Shown here: piece after piece, positions 28,572-37,935 of the stretch
Layout of the letters: every line of letters starts with the position of its first letter
How positions within the stretch are numbered: position 1 is the stretch's first letter
From: Truepera sp.
GTDB taxonomy: Bacteria > Deinococcota > Deinococci > Deinococcales > Trueperaceae
Length of the DNA: 64,000 bases
NCBI GenBank assembly: GCA_965218435.1
Contig: CBDCKW010000009.1
Span: 3,040,001 to 3,104,000, forward strand
Direction: 5' to 3'
Made by a program: the position numbers and the translations under genes
Notes under the pieces: model-generated
The model's input: only the letters and a program-made list of their open reading frames with translations
The model's database searches: none
Told to the model about the DNA's origin: nothing

Positions 28572-29592
28572 GACCCAAGCTCTTAAGGACTCGCTTAATC
28601 AAACGGTTCCCGAAGCGCACGAACCCCCGGAGTTAAGGGGAAGCCTTAGAGACGCCGTGCGCTTACTTATCAGCACGCCGAGCGGCCAGCACCACAGCCG
28701 TTTTACGAACCTCGCTAACTTTTTACGGTCCGGTGACCTGCTCGTCGTTAACCGGAGTGCGACACTAGCGGCAAGCTTGGCAGCTGAGAGTTCTGTAGGG
28801 CACTTCGTCCTCAACCTCTCCTCCGAGTACGGCGGCGGGGTGTGGCTCACTGAGCCGCGCCGAAGCTTTGCTGAACCGGGGCCGCTCTCACTCAACCCCG
28901 GCGACACCTTCACCGCTGCGGGTCTCCACGGAACCTTTTTGCACCCTTATCCCGGCCTGCCGCGCCTTTGGTTCGTTCATTTTGGGGGCGCTATAGGAGC
29001 GGCACTAAAGGAGTATGGTACGCCCATTCGTTACGGTTATATCAACCATTCTTTTCCCCTCGAGACCTATCAAACTATCTTTGCCGATACTCCCGGCAGC
29101 GCCGAAATGCCGTCTGCCGCACGCCCTTTTTCCGAGCGGGTGCTCCGTAGTCTCGAGGCGCGAGGGGTGGCCCTAGCCTCCATCACCCTGCATACCGGCG
29201 TCAGCAGTTTGGACGCCGCAGAGATGAACGGAACGCTCTACCCGGAACCCTTTTGCGTTCCCGCCGAGACGGTCGCGGCTATAGAGCAGGCCAAGGCTGC
29301 AGGCGGGCGCGTCGTCGCAGTCGGCACCACAGTGGTGCGGGCCGTAGAGTCTGCTTTTTATGGCGGCGGACTTCACGCCGCCGAAGGCTTTACCCGCCTT
29401 TATGTGCGGCCTGAACGCGGTGTTTACGTGATAGACGGCCTTATCACCGGGTTTCACGCCCCTGAAGCGAGCCATTTGGAAATGCTCTACGCGCTCGCGG
29501 GCGAGACGCTCATCCGGGACGCCTACGCCGAGGCGTTAGGGGCGGGTTATTTGTGGCACGAGTTCGGCGACAGTCACCTGATTTTGCCCTGA
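28561..29592 (+). CDS. QueA-like protein (SAM:tRNA ribosyltransferase-isomerase paralog)
   Basis: GDLLVVN.S, YQT.FA..PGSAEMPSA.RPF, LHTG, VVAVGTTVVRA.ES, GLITGFH.P..SHL, WHEFGDSHLI; differs from canonical AAPTAGLHF and FSYGDAM. Confidence 0.88.
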   Translation: MPPETQALKDSLNQTVPEAHEPPELRGSLRDAVRLLISTPSGQHHSRFTNLANFLRSGDLLVVNRSATLAASLAAESSVGHFVLNLSSEYGGGVWLTEPRRSFAEPGPLSLNPGDTFTAAGLHGTFLHPYPGLPRLWFVHFGGAIGAALKEYGTPIRYGYINHSFPLETYQTIFADTPGSAEMPSAARPFSERVLRSLEARGVALASITLHTGVSSLDAAEMNGTLYPEPFCVPAETVAAIEQAKAAGGRVVAVGTTVVRAVESAFYGGGLHAAEGFTRLYVRPERGVYVIDGLITGFHAPEASHLEMLYALAGETLIRDAYAEALGAGYLWHEFGDSHLILP

Positions 29593-29675
29593 GGGTTAAG
29601 CTTTTTTGTACAAAGGTTGTTAGGTACTAGGTTGAACTACTTTTTCATTCACTAAAGAGTTTTACAGGAGGTTTT

Positions 29676-30089
29676 ATGCAAGGTGATCATCCGGCAGCGA
29701 CAGTTCAAGCTTGGCAAGACGCTGCTAACGCCCAAGCTAAAGGGCGGCTGCTCGAGCTTTCCGACCCTAACATCGAAATCGTCGGCCCACGCGGGTCGGG
29801 CCACGGTCACGAGCTGTTAGAAGCTTGGCTGGCGCGGGCCGGATTCAGCCTCGAGACAAAGCGTATCTTCGCTCAGGGCGACGCGGTGGTCTTGGCACAG
29901 CACGGCGTCTGGCGTTCGCCTGAGACGGGTGAGGTGACCGGTGAGGCAGATTTGGCCTCGAGCTTCCGCGTCGCGGCGGGCCGCGTGACGCAGTTCTCGC
30001 GTTTTGACCGGTTGTCAGAAGCCTTAGAGCAAGCCCAGCTTACCGAAACAGATGAAATCCCCCAAACCGCTCAGCGGCTCACGCTTTGA
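29676..30089 (+). CDS. NTF2/SnoaL-like protein
   Basis: TV.AW.DA.N, GPRGSG.G..L..W, F.V..GRV....RF pattern; AGGAGG SD. Confidence 0.8.
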   Translation: MQGDHPAATVQAWQDAANAQAKGRLLELSDPNIEIVGPRGSGHGHELLEAWLARAGFSLETKRIFAQGDAVVLAQHGVWRSPETGEVTGEADLASSFRVAAGRVTQFSRFDRLSEALEQAQLTETDEIPQTAQRLTL

Positions 30090-30110
30090 CGAGTGAGCTA
30101 CAATACCCCT

Positions 30111-30662
30111 ATGGACGCCTCGAGAGGCATATTTCAAGCGAGCGTCGAGGACTACCTCGAGGGTGAAAAAGACGCCGCCGTCAAACACGAATACGTTCGC
30201 GGTGAAGTCTTTGCACTCCCCGGAGCCAGCGACGTGCATAACACCATCGCGCTCAACCTCGCACTCGCGCTGACGCCCGCTGCACGACAAAAAGACTGCC
30301 GCGTATACGCCAGCGATATAAAAGTTCGTGTGGGTGAAATCTTTTACTACCCGGATGTCACGTTCGTTTGCGACGACAGTTCCGACCCCTATTACAAAGA
30401 CAACTCGTGTGTGCTGGTCGAAGTCCTGAGCCCGAGCACCCTGCGTACCGACACGAATGAAAAGCGTTACCACTACTTGGAGCTGCCGAGTCTGAAGTTG
30501 TACCTCTTGGTAGACAGCCGCCGCCGGTTCGTGTGGGGCTACTACCGGACAAAAACGGGCTGGGACGAGCGAGTCTTTACCGAGGGGGAGCGTGTTCCGG
30601 TTCCTTGCGCCGACACTGAGCTGAAGGTGGCGGATATCTATGTCCAAACTCCTTATCGCTAA
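30111..30662 (+). CDS. Uma2-family endonuclease-fold protein
   Basis: KHEY..GE, H..I..NL, YYPDV...C, VEVLSPST, K...Y...PSL..YLLVD; ATG at 30111 follows TACAAT by 6 nt. Confidence 0.9.
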   Translation: MDASRGIFQASVEDYLEGEKDAAVKHEYVRGEVFALPGASDVHNTIALNLALALTPAARQKDCRVYASDIKVRVGEIFYYPDVTFVCDDSSDPYYKDNSCVLVEVLSPSTLRTDTNEKRYHYLELPSLKLYLLVDSRRRFVWGYYRTKTGWDERVFTEGERVPVPCADTELKVADIYVQTPYR

Positions 30663-30673
30663 CCCTTACAGCC

Positions 30674-31792
30674 GTGGACCGTAACGCCGACGCACCGCTC
30701 GAGCGCCGCTTAGAAGAACTCTCGACGCTCAACGCTATCGGCGACATCTTAAACCGTGAGGCGGATTTTTCTATGGCCCTTAACGAGGCGCTTCGAAAAC
30801 TCGTCGAGTTGCTTTCTCTCCGTTCGGGTTGGGTTTTTTTAACACAGGTGGTTCAGGGTGATATGCATCAGGGAACCTTCGCCGTTGCCAGCACGACGGG
30901 CCTCCCACCGGCACTGAGCGAAGCTGCTAACCAGCCGCTCTGTCACGGGTCGTGTGATTGTCAGTGGCTGTTTCGGCAGGGGCAACTCGATACGGGCGTC
31001 AACATCGTCCGCTGTAGCCGTTTGGAGGCTGCGGTAGGGGACAAAGCGGGGCTCGAGCTGCACGCCAGCGTCCCGCTGCTGGGCCGGTCGGGGCCGGTCG
31101 GAATTCTCAACTTAGCCGCCGCAGGCCGGGAAACGTTCGGCGCGGAAACCCTCGCTTTTTTAACAGCGGTTGGGCGGCAGCTCGGCACAGCCTTTGACCG
31201 GGCCTCACTCCTTGCAGCACGGACCGAAGCGGCGCAGCACCTGGCGGTTTTAGAGGAGCGGCAACGCTTCGCCGCCGAGATGCACGACTCGGTCTCGCAG
31301 CTCCTCTTTGCCGCTGAACTGGCGCTCCAAACGGGCGCGGCGGCGCGGGCCGGAGAGCTTGTCACGGACGCACAAAACGAACTGCGGGCGCTCGTCGAAG
31401 TGCTCCGTCCGGCGGAGCTGCCGGGCGGGTTAAAGGCGGCGCTCATCAGGCTTGCGCAGCGTACCGAAGGCGTCATCCGGGTACAGCTCGAGGCTCACCC
31501 ACCCCCCGGTCTCCTGCCCGGGCACGCCCAAACGCTCTACCGCGCCGCGCAAGAAGGCGTCCATAACGCCCTCAAACACGCCCGCGCAACTCGGCTTTGG
31601 CTCCGCTGTGAGACGGTTTCGGGAAGCGTACGGCTGAGCGTCGAAGACGACGGCGTAGGCGTCCCGGACCCGCTAACCGAAGGGTTCGGCCTCCGCAGTT
31701 TGCGAGGCCGCGCCGAAGCTTTAGGTGGCACTTTAACCTTGACGCGTACGGCAAAGGGAACTCGGCTCGAGCTGGCGGTGCCGCTTGACTAA
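30674..31792 (+). CDS. GAF-domain sensor histidine kinase (HisKA_3), AirS/YhcY-like Cys-containing GAF
   Basis: LCHGSCDC...NIVRCSRL...HASVPL GAF; ERQR.A.EMHDSVSQ H-box; QE..HNALKHA, DDGVG, GFGL. Confidence 0.9.
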   Translation: MDRNADAPLERRLEELSTLNAIGDILNREADFSMALNEALRKLVELLSLRSGWVFLTQVVQGDMHQGTFAVASTTGLPPALSEAANQPLCHGSCDCQWLFRQGQLDTGVNIVRCSRLEAAVGDKAGLELHASVPLLGRSGPVGILNLAAAGRETFGAETLAFLTAVGRQLGTAFDRASLLAARTEAAQHLAVLEERQRFAAEMHDSVSQLLFAAELALQTGAAARAGELVTDAQNELRALVEVLRPAELPGGLKAALIRLAQRTEGVIRVQLEAHPPPGLLPGHAQTLYRAAQEGVHNALKHARATRLWLRCETVSGSVRLSVEDDGVGVPDPLTEGFGLRSLRGRAEALGGTLTLTRTAKGTRLELAVPLD

Positions 31793-32405
31793 ACCCGCAC
31801 GCATCTTACTCGTTGACGACCACCCGATTGTCCGCGAAGGGCTCCGGGCGTACCTGTCGCTGCAGCCGGGGCTCGCCGTCGTCGGTGAGGCTGAGAGCGT
31901 CCCGCAAGCTTTAGCTCTGTTAGAACAGACCAACCCTGATTTGGTCCTTTTGGATGTGCAGCTCGAGGGTCAAAGCGGCTTGTCCCTGTTAGAAACGTTG
32001 CAACGACGAGAAAACGCGCCTAGAGTCCTGTTGTTGACCAGCTTTTTAGACGAAGACTACTTGCGCGAGGCGCTCCGGTTAGGCGCTGCCGGGTATTTGC
32101 TCAAACGTGCGGGGCAGGGTGCGCTTTTAGACGGGATTCGGGCGGCGCTGCGCGGCGAACGGTCCCTTGACCCGGCAGCAGCGGCGCTCCTCCCAACCCT
32201 GCGAGACGACCCCTTAAAACGCTTGACGCCGCGCGAACGGACTGTGTTAAAACTGCTCACCGAAGGGTTGTCGAATAAAGCGGTGGCCAAACGTCTGGAC
32301 GTAGGTGAAAAGACGGTTAAAACGCATGTGAGCAGCGTCTTGGCGAAGTTGGGCGTCAAAGACCGGACGCAGGCGGCGCTCTACGCGAAGTCGCGGCAGC
32401 TCTAG
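31785..32405 (+). CDS. NarL/LuxR-family response regulator
   Basis: LLVDDHPIVREG, LLDV, LTSF, GYLLK; LTPRE..VL....G.SNK.VA..L....KTVK.HVS. Confidence 0.95.
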   Translation: MTKPARILLVDDHPIVREGLRAYLSLQPGLAVVGEAESVPQALALLEQTNPDLVLLDVQLEGQSGLSLLETLQRRENAPRVLLLTSFLDEDYLREALRLGAAGYLLKRAGQGALLDGIRAALRGERSLDPAAAALLPTLRDDPLKRLTPRERTVLKLLTEGLSNKAVAKRLDVGEKTVKTHVSSVLAKLGVKDRTQAALYAKSRQL

Positions 32406-32672
32406 GCGGGCGGGGCTGAGTGGTACGCCACGCCCCAACCTGCTCGGCTTGAGGTGATAGTAAAAGCCAGGAAGGACAGGAAGGTTTTTTATATCTTTTT
32501 AACTTTGTGGCGTGAGTCCCAGAACCGAAAGCAAGTTTCTGAAATAAGGACGAAAAACGTCAGCAAGTAGCTTTCCGCCGTTAAGGTGAAAAATACCCGC
32601 AAAACGGTTTATAAGTAAAAGTATTCTAACTGATTCCAATTTTTGCAACAATGCCTACTTTTTTACGTCTTG

Positions 32673-32800
32673 TAGAACCTCTTTCAAAAATGGCTTTTTG
32701 CACCGAGAGCGCCGTAGCTTACTCATAGCTGCCTCGCCCAGCTCGGTCAACCCTTAGTGGCCAAAAGAAAAGCCACTTGGGGCTTTTAAGACGGCTTTTA
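32673..32800. mobile_element. Second, more diverged copy of the putative MITE
   Basis: TAGAACCTCTTTCAAAAATGGCTTT..GAGAGCG..CTTACTC..GCCCAGCTCGGTCAA..TTTTAAGACGGCTTTTA, colinear with 17641-17753. Confidence 0.65.
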
Positions 32801-32808
32801 TTGACCTC

Positions 32809-34434
32809 TTAAGACGTCACCGCTCGAGGTTGCCGAACCTTACCGAGGTAAGTCTCAGCTTCCTGCTGTTCGCGCTGTTTTCTCGCCTCATCCCACGACA
32901 GTGTTTTACCAAGTAATTCAATCACTTGAGGAAGCGCCGCCAGCGCCGCCCCTTGGTCTAAAAACGCCAGCCGAGTACGGCGCGCCAAAAAGTCAACGGC
33001 GGTATCGGCTCCTTCATAGGTGGCGCTGTAGATGACTTCGGCCTCGAGCTGTGGCTGCCCCAGTACGAGGCGTCCCGGGTACGTCTCGGCGAGTTCGGCC
33101 ACCTTGACGGCCCGGTCGCCGTAGGCGCGGTTCAGATATTCGGCTACGTCAGCGTCTAAACCGAACTGCTCCGCTAAAGTCGCTGCACCAGCTGGACGGA
33201 ACGCCTCCGCCCCGACGAGTTTAAGCTGTTCAGTCCGCGACGGTCCCGCCTGCAAATGACCAACCTTGAGCACCTCGTCTACCGTATCGAGCGCCATTTT
33301 ACGGTAGGTGGTCCATTTGCCGCCCGCAACGGTTACGAGACCCGAGCTGCTGGTATTGACGACGTGATCACGCGAAACTTTGGCCGTATCTGCTGCTTTG
33401 GGGTCGGAAACGAGTGGACGTAGTCCCGACCAGGTAGCCAAGATGTCGTCTCGGGTCGCCGGAACGTCGAAATAGCGGCCCAAGTACGAGAGCAAGTAGT
33501 CAATATCGTCCTCACTCGGCTGCGGGTTCGGTTCGATAGCGGCGGGGTGATCGGTCGTGCCGAAAAGGGTATAGCCGAGCCACGGCAGCAAAAAGAGCAC
33601 CCGGCCGTCGTCGGTTTGAGGGATCAAGAGGCCCGTACCGGGCGGGGAGAAATGGCCGTCTAAGACGATGTGAACCCCTGAGCTGGCGGTAAGCATCGGC
33701 GGCGCGTCCTCGTCGTCCAAGTGGCGGATGGCGTCAGTAAAAGGGCCGGTCGCGTTGACGACTACCTTGGCCCGAACGTCCCACGTCTCGCCGCTCAGGG
33801 TGTCACGAACCGACGCGCCTGCAACCCGGCCGCCAGCCTTAAGAAGTTTGGTGACCTCGAGGTGATTGGCAACCGCGGCACCCTCGTGAGCAGCGGTCAG
33901 CGCCAACGATACGTTCATCCGGGCATCGTCGAACTGCCCGTCGTAGTAGAGCACCGCGCCGCGCAACCCTTCTTTTTTAAGCATTGGAAAACGCCGCAGC
34001 GCCTCGTTACGGCTCACAAAACGGCTGCGCTTGAGGTTGGCGCGACCCGCGAGCGCGTCGTAAAGCTTAAGACCGATCATCATATAAGGAATCTGAAACC
34101 AGTTGTAAAGGGGCGTCAGAATAGGGAGCGGGTGCGCCAGATGCGGCGCGTTACTCAGCAGCACCGCGCGTTCTTTGAGCGCGTCGCGTACCAAATTGAA
34201 CTGAGTACGGTCGAGCCCCTTAACCGCCTGCTCCAGGTAACGCACCCCACCGTGAACGAGTTTGGTCGAGCGGCTGCTGCTCCCGGCAGAAAAATCGTCA
34301 CGTTCGACCAGCGCGGTTTTAAGACCTCGGCTTACGGCGTCTAAGGCGACGCCGGTTCCGGTTGCGCCGCCGCCGATGACCAGCACATCAAACATTCCCT
34401 GTTGCAGCTGCTCGAGCTGAGCTTTGCGGTTCAT
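32809..34434 (-). CDS. glpD: FAD-dependent glycerol-3-phosphate dehydrogenase
   Basis: IGGGATG.G.A.DA..RGL, SSRSTKLVHGGVRYL, DGQFDDAR, NATGP, GGKWTTYR. Confidence 0.95.
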   Translation of the reverse strand: MNRKAQLEQLQQGMFDVLVIGGGATGTGVALDAVSRGLKTALVERDDFSAGSSSRSTKLVHGGVRYLEQAVKGLDRTQFNLVRDALKERAVLLSNAPHLAHPLPILTPLYNWFQIPYMMIGLKLYDALAGRANLKRSRFVSRNEALRRFPMLKKEGLRGAVLYYDGQFDDARMNVSLALTAAHEGAAVANHLEVTKLLKAGGRVAGASVRDTLSGETWDVRAKVVVNATGPFTDAIRHLDDEDAPPMLTASSGVHIVLDGHFSPPGTGLLIPQTDDGRVLFLLPWLGYTLFGTTDHPAAIEPNPQPSEDDIDYLLSYLGRYFDVPATRDDILATWSGLRPLVSDPKAADTAKVSRDHVVNTSSSGLVTVAGGKWTTYRKMALDTVDEVLKVGHLQAGPSRTEQLKLVGAEAFRPAGAATLAEQFGLDADVAEYLNRAYGDRAVKVAELAETYPGRLVLGQPQLEAEVIYSATYEGADTAVDFLARRTRLAFLDQGAALAALPQVIELLGKTLSWDEARKQREQQEAETYLGKVRQPRAVTS

Positions 34435-34763
34435 AAGGGCCTATGCTGTGCCCTAAACGGCCCTGTAAGCACGCCAGTTAACGCCGCGCTCGAGGCTTCT
34501 AAAAACAACCCTTGGTAAGCGTTCACCCTTTAACCATAAGGCAAAATAACGGTCAAATCCCTTCTTTGCACCACGGTTGGCCGTCTCTACACTCCAGACC
34601 ACTCAAATTGTTCCGCTGAAATGCTTAACTGTAATGCTTAACTACACCGTAACACTTGACTGCACCGCGCCGCACGGCATCTTTATTTAGTGCACAGCAC
34701 CATGTTTCCGTTCAGCGTTTGAACGTACACTAAGCCCACCTTTCAGCTGCAAAGGAGGGCTGT

Positions 34764-35711
34764 ATGAGCTTACGTGTTCACGGAATCCACCACCTTACCG
34801 CCGTTACCGCTAGAGCCGCGCAAAACCTCGCGTTTTATACGGGCGTTATGGGGTTACGACTGGTTAAAAAAACCGTCAATCAAGATGATGTGCGCACCTA
34901 TCACCTCTTTTACGCCGACAACGCGGGGCGTCCCGGCAGCGATATCACCTTTTTTGGTTGGCCCGCTGCCAAAGAGCAGCGCGGCAACAATAGCATTACC
35001 CGCACCGGTTTCCGCGTACCGAGGGGCAGCGTGACGTGGTGGAACGAGTATTTTAGGCGCTACGGCGTTGCTGCCGACTTACCGACAAATCGAGGACGGC
35101 GCACCGTCCTCGATTTCGAAGACCCCGAAGGGCAGCGCCTGAGTTTAGTTGAAGATGACGGCGTGTCGGCGCATCCGGTAGCTCATGACGTTCCGGCGGA
35201 GCACCAGATTATGGGTCTCGGGCCGGTGACGCTTACCGTACCGGGGCTGTCGCCGACCGACCAGATTTTAGAACGCGCTTACGGCCTGGAAAAGACTCAC
35301 AGCTATTCGGAACCGGAAGGGGAAACGCACGTCTTTAAGATGGCCGCTACGGGGCCGCAAGGTGAGCTGCACCTCTCGGTCAGGCCGTCTTTGCCGCCGT
35401 CCAGGGCGGGTGCCGGGGGCGTTCATCACGTGGCGTTTCGGATACGTGACGAGGACGTCAGCGCGTGGGCTGAGCACTTAAGAAGCCTCGGCTTGGCGAC
35501 GAGCGGCGAGGTCGAGCGTTACTACTTTCGGAGCATCTACTACCGTGAACCCAATGGGGTGTTGCTCGAGCTTGCCACCGACGGCCCCGGTTTTACCGCT
35601 GATGAACCACTCGAGTCGCTCGGACAAACACTGTCACTTCCGCCCTTTTTAGAACCCCGCCGCGCCGATATCGAAGCAAACTTAGAACCTTTGGAGTTGC
35701 CCCATGCCTAA
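34764..35711 (+). CDS. Ring-cleaving dioxygenase (VOC/glyoxalase, MhqO-like)
   Basis: GIHHLTA, KKTVNQDD..YHLFY, G.GGVHHVAFR, RYYFRSIY.REP.G.L.ELATDGPGF. Confidence 0.93.
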   Translation: MSLRVHGIHHLTAVTARAAQNLAFYTGVMGLRLVKKTVNQDDVRTYHLFYADNAGRPGSDITFFGWPAAKEQRGNNSITRTGFRVPRGSVTWWNEYFRRYGVAADLPTNRGRRTVLDFEDPEGQRLSLVEDDGVSAHPVAHDVPAEHQIMGLGPVTLTVPGLSPTDQILERAYGLEKTHSYSEPEGETHVFKMAATGPQGELHLSVRPSLPPSRAGAGGVHHVAFRIRDEDVSAWAEHLRSLGLATSGEVERYYFRSIYYREPNGVLLELATDGPGFTADEPLESLGQTLSLPPFLEPRRADIEANLEPLELPHA

Positions 35712-35991
35712 CGCCGATCCTCACGACGTAACCCGTAACGACCGCCGCAACCGCTACGAACTTATGATAGAAGGTCAGCTCGCGGTGTGCGACTTTGAGC
35801 ACTCAGCCGACACCATAACCTTTACCCACACCGAGGTCCCCGAAGGTTTAGAAGGACAAGGGATCGGAAGTGTGCTCGCCCGTGGCGCACTAGACGACGT
35901 GCGGGTACAGGGGCTTAAGGTCATTCCCGCTTGCCCCTTTATCGCCGACTTTATAGACCGACACGAAGACTATCAAGATTTGCTGAGCTAG
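35704..35991 (+). CDS. Small GNAT N-acetyltransferase (YjdJ-like)
   Basis: THTEVP..LEGQGIGS.L, V.PACPF. Confidence 0.9.
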   Translation: MPNADPHDVTRNDRRNRYELMIEGQLAVCDFEHSADTITFTHTEVPEGLEGQGIGSVLARGALDDVRVQGLKVIPACPFIADFIDRHEDYQDLLS

Positions 35992-36046
35992 GGCGCGTCA
36001 TAAGGTGAATTAAAGTGAGCCGGGGCTTTTTGCGGCTACCGCCGGT

Positions 36047-37288
36047 TTAAGGGGTACGGACCACCAAGCCGCCCAGCTCGTAGCCGGTGACGAGTTCGTT
36101 CCACTCGAGCTTGGGCGCTCGTTCAGCGGTGAGTGGCAGCCGAAAGAGCCGCGTTAAAAAGATGTCGCTCTCTTGCAGGGCGATATACGCGCCGGGGCAG
36201 CGGTGGTGCCCGTCGCCAAAACTCATCACCGCGCCCTGAACGCCGCGCTCTAAAGGTCTGGCAGGGCAGAGCTGCAAAGGTTCTTCGCCGACAGTTTCCG
36301 GGTCGGCGTTGGCGGCGCGGATGTCCAAGTCAAGCAGTGCACCTGCCGGAATCACAAGCGTTTCCCCCTCGAAGTCCAGTGTCAGCGGCTTGGCGGCGCG
36401 GCGGTGGAGATGACCGACGACGGGCTCGAGCCGTAAAATCTCTTGCAAGATATTTTGGCGTTCTTTTTCGTCAGCATTGACGTAAGTCTCTCGCAGCGTG
36501 TCGTTCTCTAACAGGTGCCACGCCGCCATGACGATAAACTCACGCGTCGTGACCATCCCGGCGGCGGCGTAGGTGATACATTCGGTTAAAATTTCAAAGT
36601 CGTTATAATCCTTGCTGAGCAGGTGACTGATCACGTCTTCACCGGGCTTTTTGCGCCGCGCCCGAATCGCCGGTTTGACGTCCTGATAAAAAAAGCGAAA
36701 GGTCGCGCTCTGCGTCATGAGAAAACGCCAGAGTTTACCCGGTCGCCAGGAAAATTCGGTCGGATCACCCTCAAAAAAGGTGTTGAGGCGGCCGCTCATC
36801 CCCTTGATAGACGAGTTGGTTAAGCCCACAACTTGAGCCGCCACTTGGGTGGCGAGGCGCATACTGAGCTGACTTAAGTCGGCGCTCTTACGTTTTTCGA
36901 GCGCCCCGATCAGGTCGTCAGACAGGGCTTCCATCATCTCGCGGTAGCTTTTGCTGACCGTTTGCGGCGTAAAAAAGCGGGCGGTGGCGGTGCGCTGCGC
37001 TTTGTGTTCCGGCCCTTCCAAATATAAGATCGGGGGCCGCATCTTGCTCATCGCCTGCGCCGCAACTTCCGCGCCAAACCCGGCTTGCCGCGTCGCCTCG
37101 GGATCGCGTAAAATCGCCCGCGCGAGCGCAAACGACCGCACCGTCCAGCGTTCGCCTTTGGCGTCACGAATGACTTCATACGCCGGGGTCAAGGCTTCAC
37201 CGGGGCGGCTGCTTTTACGGTCGGACACGCCTTCAGGGTGATGAAACGGGCAACCGGCGGCGTGCGGAGAAGTTGAGGCTTGAGTCAT
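36047..37288 (-). CDS. Cytochrome P450
   Basis: N-terminal GCPFHH, AAGMVTT I-helix, EILR, FGDGHHRCPG; ATG at 37288 follows TATCAT by 6 nt. Confidence 0.93.
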   Translation of the reverse strand: MTQASTSPHAAGCPFHHPEGVSDRKSSRPGEALTPAYEVIRDAKGERWTVRSFALARAILRDPEATRQAGFGAEVAAQAMSKMRPPILYLEGPEHKAQRTATARFFTPQTVSKSYREMMEALSDDLIGALEKRKSADLSQLSMRLATQVAAQVVGLTNSSIKGMSGRLNTFFEGDPTEFSWRPGKLWRFLMTQSATFRFFYQDVKPAIRARRKKPGEDVISHLLSKDYNDFEILTECITYAAAGMVTTREFIVMAAWHLLENDTLRETYVNADEKERQNILQEILRLEPVVGHLHRRAAKPLTLDFEGETLVIPAGALLDLDIRAANADPETVGEEPLQLCPARPLERGVQGAVMSFGDGHHRCPGAYIALQESDIFLTRLFRLPLTAERAPKLEWNELVTGYELGGLVVRTP

Positions 37289-37295
37289 AGGGTTA

Positions 37296-37312
37296 TGATA
37301 CACATTGTCTCA
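37296..37312. promoter_or_regulatory. Putative TetR operator between the divergent P450 and tetR genes
   Basis: TGATACA-CAT-TGTCTCA imperfect palindrome overlapping the P450 -10 element. Confidence 0.5.
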
Positions 37313-37357
37313 AAAAGGAGTGTCGCTTATCTCGCAAAATACGGTACGCTCGAGCCG

Positions 37358-37927
37358 ATGACTCGCCCCGTGCCAGATGCGCGTGTTCTTAAAACGTACC
37401 AGCGTTTAGCTGACGCACTCGTCGCTTTAACGCTCGAGCAAGGCTTCGACGCGCTGACGGTGCGGGAATTGACCGACCGCGCCGAAGTGGGGTACGCCAC
37501 GTTTTTCAGACACTTCAGCTCAAAAGAGGCGCTGTTGGGAGCCGTATTTGAAAGCACTTTAGGCGAACTTTTAGCGCAGTTGGGGCCGGTCGCTGCGCCG
37601 CTCGACCCCCTCGAGGTCGGCACCAGAGTTTTTCGCCACGCCCGTGACCACGCCGACCGCTACCGTGCGCTCCTCCGCACCAGTGAGACCCTAAATCTTC
37701 AAGAACGCTGTTTACGGGTCAGTCTCGAGACGCTTTCAGCAACGGTGACTGCCAAAAGGAGCGTAGTGCCTTTTGAAGTCGCCGCGCATCATCTGGTTTA
37801 CAGCTTTATCGGGCTGCTGACGTGGTACCTAGACGCGGATTTACCCTATTCGCCAGAACGTATGGGCGAGATTTTAGAGCAGCTGATTTTGGGGCCGACC
37901 TATAAGGTGGCGTTTGAGCCCAAGTAA
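37358..37927 (+). CDS. TetR/AcrR-family regulator
   Basis: D.R..KT...L..A...L..EQGF..LTV.EL..RAEVG.ATFFRHF.SKE; TACGCT-N7-ATG start. Confidence 0.93.
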   Translation: MTRPVPDARVLKTYQRLADALVALTLEQGFDALTVRELTDRAEVGYATFFRHFSSKEALLGAVFESTLGELLAQLGPVAAPLDPLEVGTRVFRHARDHADRYRALLRTSETLNLQERCLRVSLETLSATVTAKRSVVPFEVAAHHLVYSFIGLLTWYLDADLPYSPERMGEILEQLILGPTYKVAFEPK

Positions 37928-37935
37928 AAAACAGC

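Noticed and set aside
28561..29592. Canonical queA gene symbol
   Set aside because: The signature motifs are substituted and the context lacks tgt or other que genes.
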